DNA from: Wallemia ichthyophaga EXF-994
Taxonomy: Eukaryota > Fungi > Basidiomycota
Reading direction: 5' to 3'
DNA: 32,000 bases
Assembly: GCF_000400465.1 (NCBI RefSeq)
Contig: NW_008806285.1
Coordinates: forward strand, 150,001 to 182,000
Shown here: piece by piece, positions 22,443 to 31,219 of the stretch
Position numbering within the stretch: position 1 is the first letter of the stretch
Layout: each line of letters begins with the position of its first letter
Made by a program: the position numbers and the translations under genes
Notes under the pieces: model-generated
Database searches by the model: none
The model's input: the letters and a program-made list of their open reading frames with translations, nothing else
Told to the model about the DNA's origin: nothing

Positions 22443-22922
22443 TTATGATACTGTCTTCTTTACTTTGTCGAGCATGGTTTCCATCCTTGCGCCCATTTTT
22501 GGCTGATTGTTGTGGTTTTTCGAGTGCTGGTCTCTCCTTCTCTGGCGATGTGACGGTGCTTCTTTCTTTTGAGGCTGAGTTTGTGGCTGTGGTTGCTTTT
22601 GCTGAGGGTTATCGCTTCGCTTTATCGATCCTTCCGGCTTATCCCTTTCGCTCCTTCTCGCCTTCTTGGGTATCTCAGGCAGCTGTTGGGCTGGTTGGCC
22701 CTCCTTTTTCAGCATGTTGGCATACTCCTTCTTCACTTTGGCTTTCTGAATCAGCTGCTCTTTGATCTTGGAAGCTGTAGGTGGTGTTAGAGTGTCTGGA
22801 TCGTAGAGCTCAATCGCTCTCAACCCACCTTTGCCTGTATACGCTCCCTTGCCTGCCCTTCTGGCTACCGAGAATCCCTTTCTGTCCTGCATTGGTTGGC
22901 CTTTGCTCTTCGTTTCCACCAT
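22443..22922 (-). CDS. Probable rRNA-processing protein of the Fyv7 family; intron 22775-22828
   Basis: After splicing: GFSVARRAGKGAYTGK|ASKIKEQLIQKAKVKKEYANMLKKEG...QPKMGARMETMLDKVKK. This resembles the Fyv7 'KIK..LI.KAK.KK.Y' motif as I recall it. Confidence 0.6.
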   Translation of the reverse strand: MVETKSKGQPMQDRKGFSVARRAGKGAYTGKGGLRAIELYDPDTLTPPTASKIKEQLIQKAKVKKEYANMLKKEGQPAQQLPEIPKKARRSERDKPEGSIKRSDNPQQKQPQPQTQPQKKEAPSHRQRRRDQHSKNHNNQPKMGARMETMLDKVKKTVS

Positions 22923-24512
22923 GGCCGCTGCGATAAGAGAAGGCATTTGTCGAATAGTTGCTAGATGTAGCACTGTTGCATTATGTGCTGCCATTATCAT
23001 CGATTTATTCAGCCATTCCCCATCTTTGTTGTTGCCTCTCAGTTGTAAATTGCTGTGTAGTGGATTATTCAAAGACATTCATACACAATTTAAGTCCATT
23101 AATGAGTGCTTTCATATATTAATTGAGCTATTCCTCCCGTTGCACTCAGAAAAAGGTCAAACTGTGACTTGTCTCTACATATCTGATGACTTCAAATATG
23201 TTTATGGGATTACAGGGCAGTTTGAAAAGTTGATTAAGTATTATCGGATACTTAAAACTGTGTAAACCATTCGAAAGAATTGGTTTTGCTCGAGTCACCC
23301 CGCAAATGACCAAGTTATTGAGAAGATGAACGTAGAGATACCATATGCTGACAATTTGAACAAACTAGCAACACTTGCATTTTAACATCATTTTCAGCAT
23401 TCCGAATACATCCCCATATCAACCACCCGCTCAATATCAATCGAGTTGAATGTTATTGCTACCACCTATCTCATCTCCCATAGTGATTTACAAGTTTTGG
23501 TGATCTCCAAATAAAAAAGCTTGTCATATAGTTTTGAATGAGCCCTCTATGACATACCAGAATTGCTTCACCAAGCCTCCATTTGCACCCTGTAGGCTGT
23601 TCAGAAGTTGTGATCCGACATCGCTCTGTAGCACGGTCTAGGATAGAAATTTCGGATTTGACGCGCTTCATCAACAAAAAGTGACAATTCTAGCTGATTG
23701 AGACTGTAAGCACCCGAAATTCCAAGTATTCGGCCCTGTATACGTGAAAAACAGTTTAAGCTTAATGGCGTCTACAGGACTCAGAACTATGTCGAGAAAA
23801 AAGATATTGCTATTCCGCATCACTTCACTTTTGGAAGAGGAGATTTAGGTTAAGAAAAGGGGTGTATCAGCCCAGCTCTGAAATCGCGACTTTGGCTTCA
23901 GCTGGTGCATTTCGAGATTTCACTTAATGGGGGTGAAGGGGTGATTTAGACCGCATGTGAATCTTAGAATGCAGGATAATAGAAATTTCAAATTCAAAAC
24001 GCTTAGTTGTTACTCAATCACTACGCAAGGAGGCCATCATTGCCAGATTTGACATCGTCACGCTAATATGACGTACTTGAGGTGATCATGATCTATACGC
24101 AATTTGGTGTGAATAAATAGGAAATCCAGCTGAGTTACTTTATAATGTGGGGTTCTGTCGCTTGTTAACGGGGGCTCTTGGAAATTGTGTGAGATTTTCT
24201 TATGGGTGTGAGATGCTGAGCTGAACCCTCTCTGATGCTGCAAAGAAAAGGGGACATAGCATGCGAAGAGGTATAGCTTATGTGGCAATGTTGCAAACAG
24301 TCGACAAATTCATATATGGACTTGGCTTCGATGGAATGCTACATCACGTGAAGATTTGCAGAGCGCGGCGAGCGGCGAAGAAGTGGAAAAGTACAGCAGC
24401 ACAAGACGGTAACGAGAATCGATTCTCTACAGCAATTTTAGTTTCTGTTTAGAATTTTTATCTGCTTCCCCGATTTTAAGTTTTTTGGTGCGTGTCTCCT
24501 CACACACGCAAT

Positions 24513-24519
24513 TATAAAA
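24513..24519 (+). promoter_or_regulatory. TATA box of the U2 snRNA gene
   Basis: TATAAAA 34 nt upstream of the predicted U2 5' end. Confidence 0.65.
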
Positions 24520-24546
24520 GACTGCGCAGATGCATCATGGTTCGTT

Positions 24547-24733
24547 ATCCTCTCTGGCCTTTTGGCTTAGATCAAGTGTAGTATCTGTTCTTCCAAGTTC
24601 GAACAACTTGGATCGCATAACTTATGCGACAAACGTTCGATCTAATTTTTATCCGCGTCCAGTCGCCCTCACTGCTTGCATAGGATGGCTGGAAGATGGC
24701 CTTGCGTTGCACTACCGCATGTGCCGTCAGCGC
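24547..24733 (+). ncRNA. U2: U2 spliceosomal snRNA
   Basis: ATCCTCTCTGGCCTTTTGGCTTAGATCAAGTGTAGTATCTGTTCTT matches the conserved U2 5' end, including the branch-point recognition sequence GTAGTA (24578-24583). Stems IIa and IIb, an Sm-like site (24644-24651), stem III, and stem IV with the TTGCACTAC loop (24707-24715) are all present. Confidence 0.96.
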
Positions 24734-24875
24734 TCTCTTGCTATCTCTATAATCTTCACATATTTTGCCATGTCTCTGTTGCTTTTAGCAGTGTTGACTT
24801 GATGAACTGTGTGGCGATGTAGAAGATTTGCCGCTATGTATTATACCCGATATACACGTTTTGTTTATTTCTTTA

Positions 24876-26291
24876 ATGCTTACAGTGATCAAGCACACTT
24901 GCTTAAGTGGTCGGCGCTACTCGACTCTGGTGAAGCCACAGTCAACAGTACGTTCATACCGCTTCTTTTAACCGCCTCACACTCCCGCAGCAGACTGAAG
25001 CTCTGGCTTATGTCTCGCATTCTACAGATCCGTGGTTTAATCTCGCATTTGAAGACTGGTAAGAAGCCATCGGAGACGAAGGCTAGCACACTGACGGACA
25101 AGACAGGTTATTCAGAACATCCAGCAAACCTTCACATGTGCTCTATTTGTATAAAAACTCACCGTCTGTCATTATTGGGCGTAATCAGGTGCGTGTGAAG
25201 ACCGTGAAGACTGTTAGTTGCACTTTTTGACACAAACAGAATCAATGGAAAGAAATTGATCTCAAGACGTTGAATAGACTCAATATCCCATTCGTCAGAC
25301 GGCGAAGTGGCGGCGGTACAGTCTTCCATGTACGTAGGTCTTTGAAGGGTGATTTAGTGCTTACGCAAGTCGCAGGATTTGGGAAACACCAACTACAGTG
25401 TAATGATGCCTCAATCGGTATTCAATCGGAGAGATAACGCTCAGTTGGTGGCTAGTGCTCTCAATGAGCTCAGCGTACCAGCAGTCGTCAACGAGCGCAA
25501 TGATATCGTTGTAGACGGCTACAAGGTATCTGGATCTGCATTCAAATTGACCAGTTCGCGCGCTTACCATCATGGAACAATGTTGCTGGATTCCAACATC
25601 AAAACACTTTCACAAGCGCTCAAGAACACAAACGTGAGTCTCATTCAATGCTATAATGTACGTGCTAAATTAACTCAGCAATCAATGGTCACCAAAGGTG
25701 TATCATCTGTTAGATCGCCGGTGAAGAACATAATCGAATGGCAGCCACACATTACGCACGACACATTCGTCGCAGCGGTTATAAAAAAGTTCGAAGAGCA
25801 TCACAAGGTTGACAAGAAGATTATTGTAGGTAGACCGCCCTCCAAGTCACGACTATTGACAATGTTTTAGGTGTCGGACATTGACGAGAACATTTTGAAA
25901 GAAGATGGCGGTAACCAGATACAGAAGCTGAAAGATGAGCTTCAGGTGGGTTCAGTGTATGTAAGTTATGCAAAAGCGTTAACCTCTTGACAGGAGTGGG
26001 ATTGGCACTACGGACAGACACCGGAGTTCACCAACACGCTCTCAACGATAATTGAAGGAACTGAAATTGTCGGTACTGTTTTTTGAAAGCTTTTCATTCT
26101 AATAAGTCTCAAAGACAGCGGAAATTACGGCAAAGCAAGGCAAAATCATTAAGATGAATGTGAGCGGTTTCTCAGAGGACGTTGGAAAGCAATTCATCGG
26201 GAAGAAGTACGCATTTATACAAGTAGAGGATATAGCAGCTTCCAGTGAGATGGATAGAAGTGTTGTAGAATGGCTGATTGAATGCATGTAA
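24876..26291 (+). CDS. LIP3: Lipoate-protein ligase A, mitochondrial (Aim22/Lip3); about 8 introns
   Basis: YVSHSTDPWFNLAFEDW, IIGRNQNPW-type segment, FVRRRSGGGTVFH|DLGNTNYS, NERNDIVVDGYKVSGSAFK, YHHGTMLL, TKGVSSVRSPVKNI, EWDWHYGQTPEF. Confidence 0.9.
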
Positions 26292-26301
26292 AGAGGAGAA
26301 T

Positions 26302-26436
26302 AAATGTCAGAATCAGAGAAAGAAACAGATTAGAGATAACCATTTACTGCAAATCTCCAATTCTAATTATTATAGCCTTGCTAAAGCACTCACAACGACG
26401 TGGATAGGCGTCAGAGGTGAGGAATAATGAAGGCAT
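26302..26436 (-). ncRNA. Candidate box H/ACA snoRNA (hairpin-H-hairpin-ACA, about 135 nt)
   Basis: Minus strand, hairpin 1: lower stem GCCTT/AAGGC, pocket CATTATTC and TGCTTTAGC, upper stem CTCAC/GTGAG plus TGACG/CGTCG. H box ATAATA (26368-26373) lies 15 nt from the upper stem. Hairpin 2 has a 12-bp basal stem TAGAATTGGAGA/TCTCTGATTCTG followed directly by ACA (26305-26307). The pocket is complementary to the 18S motif AGCA-UG-GAAUAAU. Confidence 0.65.
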
Positions 26437-26752
26437 GTAAAGAAACACACGCAGCTTTAAACAGAAACAAAGAAATACATCAAATGCATCAGATACTTAC
26501 AAAAGATGTTTCCTGCGTGTGAAGCTACCGATCAACCAAGACGACCACTAGACAAATGCACGGGAATTGCTATAGCACAAAAGCATAGCGAATATTGCAA
26601 ACTTTTATGCTTATTATCCGCAATATATTGTGCTGGTTTTCAAGGAAGAAAATAACATAAATCTTGCGCGTGATGAATTTTTAAAAAATGGCGTGCCCAG
26701 CTCAGAGCTCAGAGGAGAAGAGTTTTCTAGCGGACCGCCATTAGCCTCAAAA

Positions 26753-27235
26753 ATGAAATTCAGCAGAGATGTTTCTTCAAGTCGCAGGGTAAACCGCAAG
26801 GCTCACTTTGCCGCTCCATCTTCAGAGCGTCGCAAATTGATGGCTTCTTCTCTCAACAAGGAACTTCGTAAGGAGCACAACATCCGCTCATTGCCTATCC
26901 GTAGAGACGACGAGGTTCTCATCGTCAGAGGCTCTAACAAGGGTAAGGAAGGCAAGGTTGTCCAAGTTCAAAGAAACAAGTTCGCCATCTTCGTTGACAG
27001 AGTTCACCGCGAGAAGGCAAACGGTCAAACCTCTCCAACTCCAATTCACCCATCAAGCGTCGTCATTACCAACTTGAAGCTCGACAAGGGACGTATGGCT
27101 ACTATTGAGAGAAAGTCCGTTGCAAAGAAGGCTGCTCTTGAGGCTCGTAACCAAACCAAGGATGTTAACATGTCTAACGCCGTACGTTTCTTTCCTCCCC
27201 TTTGACTTTAAATTCTTACTCACTTTCCTCAGTAA
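26753..27235 (+). CDS. RPL26: 60S ribosomal protein L26 (uL24); intron 27182-27232 separates the last sense codon from the TAA
   Basis: [39 protein letters not shown]...[14 protein letters not shown]...[23 protein letters not shown]...CTCAC...CAG intron is followed by TAA. Confidence 0.95.
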
Positions 27236-27765
27236 ATTTTATAAGTTACGCTGCAAATTTACTTTGTCATGTATTGAAGGAACATGCACGAATACTAGGG
27301 CTTAATTTTTGGATTGGTTTTGGTGACTCGTTTTATGGGTTTTTAAGCCATTAGACGTATTCACCGTTGAGTAGATTTTATGGCTATCACGTCGATTGGG
27401 GTGGGGTGACTTAAGGGCATTTGATGAAAAGCGGAAGCTTAGCAGATACTGGAATCAGACAGGTTTTCTCTAGCTTAAGTGCATCAGCTACATAGGTCAG
27501 ACTGCATCGCCCGTCTCCCACTGACAACAGTAAATTCTTAAGCCATCTTGAGTGCCTTTGTGATTCGACTGTTGTTCTATGAACAATCTGAGATATTGGA
27601 AATGCAGTACTTTAAACGAAATATTAGCTTGTCAAATGTTTAGCACCCTTATCACCTCATTCAATGATTTAAATGGCAATGCATATCCCGGCTTAACACT
27701 TGCTGCCTTGTTGGATAGTCGCAATACCACTTTATCACTTGTTGAACCATATCAATCATCGAAAA

Positions 27766-28700
27766 ATGTCCGAAAACAACCAGAGAGAGGCTGTGGTACG
27801 TCTTAATGGAGTATCACTACCTATACATCTGACAAGCGTACAAGTTCCCAACCAGAATGGTACTAAACGTCATGAATCACGTTGTTGATTAGCTGACGAG
27901 AAACGCAGGCTTTAACCAATACCAAGAACAGACTAAAGGGAGCACAAACTGGTCACTCACTTCTCGCTAAAAAGAGAGACGCTCTCATGATTCGATTTAG
28001 AGCGATTCTCAAGAAAGTCGAAGAGGTTGGCATTATATTGTACACGAGCAGAGCTAGGTTGACAAAATCCAGGCTAAACTTAAGATGGGTAAAGTTATGC
28101 AAGTTGCAGCATTTTCATTAGCAGAAGTTAACTATGTCGCTGGAGATATATCTTATCAAGTACAAGAGAGTGCCAAGAGACCGCAATTGACAGTGAAAGC
28201 TAAGCAGGAGAATGTTTCTGGTGTAACATTACCAGGTTTTGAAATAGAGCGTGAACAATCAAACGAATTCTCACTTACTGGACTGGGAAGAGGTGGTCAG
28301 AAGATACAGAAGTGCAAAGAGACGTACGCTAAAGCTATTGAAACGCTTGTGGAATTGGCATCGCTGCAGGTATTTCATAAATACTCAAGCAGGTACTCTA
28401 TTGACATTAATTCAGACTGCTTTCATGATACTTGATGATGTTATCAGAGTCACAAATAGGCGTGTCAATGCGATAGAACACGTTGTACTTCCAAAACTTG
28501 AGAATACAATCAAATATATCAACTCAGAGCTTGATGAAATGGACAGAGAGGAATTCTTTAGGCTCAAGAAGATTCAATCCAAGAAGAAGAAGGGTGGAGA
28601 CTCAGAGCAAGATACCATCGACCAAGGAGAATACACGCAAGACCAGGCAGGCGGTGCAGACATATTAGATCAAGGAAAAGATGAGGATGTCATTTTCTAG
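27766..28700 (+). CDS. VMA8: V-ATPase V1 subunit D; 4 introns with a 15-nt microexon (27845-27859)
   Basis: REAV|FPTRM|ALTNTKNRLKGAQTGHSLLAKKRDAL...LTGLGRGGQ...LVELASLQ|TAFMILDDVIRVTNRRVNAIEHVVLPKLENTIKYINSELDEMDREEFFRLKK. Confidence 0.96.
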
Positions 28701-28727
28701 TATTGTATCTTCTGTTTGATAGCACTC

Positions 28728-31138
28728 ATGGACATTTTCTTGAACATTTCCAGAATCTGTCCAAACGATACAGCAAAGGTTACAGAGGCTTCCAGGAATC
28801 TAGCCGATAGTCTTCGTACTTGTTGGTCTCAGCTATTCAGCCCGAGCTAGCTGACTGATATGACCCAGCTGAGCGGAGAGATCAGTTAAGCTGTGTGGAA
28901 GATATACTTGAAGCACTCAATCTACAATTCAAGCAGACGACTGCTATCGACGACGATATCTCCCAGCTCGAGAGACTGACACAGCTGTACAGGGTAACAG
29001 CTAACATCTGTCTCGATAGCAGTGAGTTGCTAGCGAAATGCGTCATATTTAGAATACTGATAGTGTTTTTGTTCCCAGACACCAACAGACAAAAGTTAAT
29101 CGATGCCGATGTTGATATCTCCGCTTTGGGGGTACTCAAATCACTCACACCCCAACAAATCTCGAGTCAGCCATACGCATTCATGCTTAGGGCTGCTTTT
29201 GGCACTCTAATAAATCTCAGCCAAGACTACTGTAAGGGCGTAATCGCTTTACATGTTCTCATCTGATAGGTACACAGCTCCTTCCCAAGAACGCCTTAAC
29301 AACCACGACACTCTGCCGATAGTGGTCAAATTTCTCAACAGACGCAATATTCAAGCGAATGACTCTGCTACAGCTGTTACCCATTCTTATATTTATGAGT
29401 GGGGATGGCGAATCGTTAACAATCTACTATCGACTGGTGAGTTTGGGATGCGCATTCAAACATAAGCTCATCTTTAAGAAGAAAATGCTAAAATTGAGCC
29501 TGGAAGCACTGAGGTAGATGCTCTATGTTCTTGGGTGGAAGCATTTTACAGCCAATCAATTGAAGAGTGAGTATCTAGTTGGGTGAGAGCTTTTTTGACA
29601 CTTAGCAGTGAATATGCTGGATTAGAAGATGAAGATGAGTTGCAAGCAGTATATGAGGAAGACTTATCTTCTTTGGAGAGTGCAACGCTGCTATTAGAAA
29701 CATTCGCGTTCGATTCTGAGGCCGCACGTCTTTTACTTGCTCAAGAAGAGAAACTTGATGTTCTGTTGTCTTTTGCAGAGACTCGTGAGCTTCCAAGAGC
29801 ATTAGCAGCTAGTGCAGATCAGAGCTCAGTGGAGGAGTGGTCTAAAATTTATGAGGAGTGCAAGGCTGCTGTTGGGAAATGTGTTGTCGGTATTGCTAGT
29901 TAGTTCGCATTTCTAGCTACTGCCTCTTTCGTCGTCTAACGCACATCGCAGGTGAAGATCAGCTGATGAGCTTCTTCTTTGACAACGGCAGAGCACCGTT
30001 TGTGCAAAGGATGCTGAGATGGTTGGAAAGCGATTTGCAGAGACTCAACATTAGTGGTAGTGAGTTTTTATCAAGTACTAAATGCTTTGCTGACAATAGT
30101 AGCTTTGGCTATTGGAAACTTGGCAAGATCTGGTAAGTGCGTGGACAAATTCAGTGTCCAAACTAACAGCCGACCAGAGGAGAATTCTATCATAGCTGTG
30201 AAACAATTCAAGATTATACCACGCCTCGTACAATTGCTCCGAGACGATGATGTGAAGGTATCTCATGCTTCCATGTGTCTACTGAAGAATCTATCGCTGC
30301 CTGCGTCTAACAAGGACGAAATTGGTGATAGTGGGGCAATGGAAGCAGCTCAAAAGTTTCTATCGCTCAGCTTTTCGCACGTACAGCCTCTTCAATTTGC
30401 GACCGTTGGCTTTTATAAGCACTTGTGTACGCAACAGTGTGAGTTATCGTTACTGAATGCGTATAGGCTGTCTAATGTGATTCAGTTTGTAACACACTCA
30501 CAATTGTGAATCACGAACCGTCTATACTCGACTCAGTGCTTGTTCTGATCAGCAAAAGTGATGACGCAGGTGTAAAGAGTGAAGGAACACGTATATTGGT
30601 GCATGGAATCAAATCTTGTTGGATTTCTGCAGGCGAAAAGGCTCAATATGCCAGATCAAAGTTCACGAGCCATCCTGTTGCAAAAGCTTTAGTGGAGTTG
30701 TTGTGCAATTACCGTAGATACCAGATCTGTAAGTGTCGTGTGTGTCTAGTTCACATCAGCTAACTCTCAATAGTGATCAACGAGGCCGTCATGGGTCTCA
30801 CTCTGCTTGCATCAGAACGTAAAGGTGCTGACTACATACTCGCAGAGACTTCCAAGCTAGCACCAGCTATCAAACAAGTATTGGAGGATGAGAAAGAGAT
30901 CAATAAGAAGGTCAAGCTCAACGTCTGTATTCTCTACTCTAATCTAGTCCTGAAACAGACTCAGGAAAATTCAAACGCTAAGCAGCGTGAGTGCGGTGAT
31001 ACATTTCTAAATAATATGACTCACTGTAATACAGTCAAAGGCCTTCTCGAACAAGACATAAAGAGTTTGTGTGACGATAGCGATAACGAGTTATCCAAGA
31101 CTGCTTCAACGGTATTGTCAGCTACGACTTGGAGCTGA
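28728..31138 (+). CDS. Armadillo-repeat protein of the SmgGDS/RAP1GDS1 (Bem4-like) small-GTPase chaperone/GEF family; about 10 introns
   Basis: RVTANICLD..NRQKL, AAFGTLINLS, ALAIGNLARSEENSI, SMCLLKNLSLPASNK and VKSEGTRIL resemble SmgGDS ARM repeats. The start codon is less certain. Confidence 0.72.
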
Positions 31139-31219
31139 TGTGGCTAAAATAATTAATTTACTTTAAGAGTATTATTGTTTATCTAAATGCATTTGCTGAC
31201 TGCCTTCACAAATACAATC

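Noticed and set aside
24530-24802. 90-aa ORF in the ORF track
   Set aside because: It overlies the U2 snRNA gene, which explains the sequence.
26505-26565. tRNA-like words on the minus strand (GTCTAGTGG A-box-like, CTTCACAC anticodon-like)
   Set aside because: No T-loop/B-box (GTTCRA) and no acceptor or anticodon stems.
26370-26586. Minus-strand spliced peptide [16 protein letters not shown]...ARL* with one in-frame TAG (readthrough or editing idea)
   Set aside because: Needs stop suppression, has no recognisable homology, and the region is better explained by RNA structure.
26630-26752. N-terminal extension of the RPL26 ORF, and likewise the COQ7 upstream extension to 18908
   Set aside because: Artefacts of alternative start codons in the ORF track; the conserved proteins begin at the ATGs at 26753 and 18815.
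27304-27312. Perfect Sm-site-like AATTTTTGG
   Set aside because: Lies in the RPL26 3' region with no U1, U4 or U5 hallmark sequence nearby.
27422-27524. Possible C/D snoRNA (TGATGA...CTGA about 100 nt apart)
   Set aside because: No terminal stem and no rRNA-complementary guide that I can identify. An Infernal or snoscan run would be needed.
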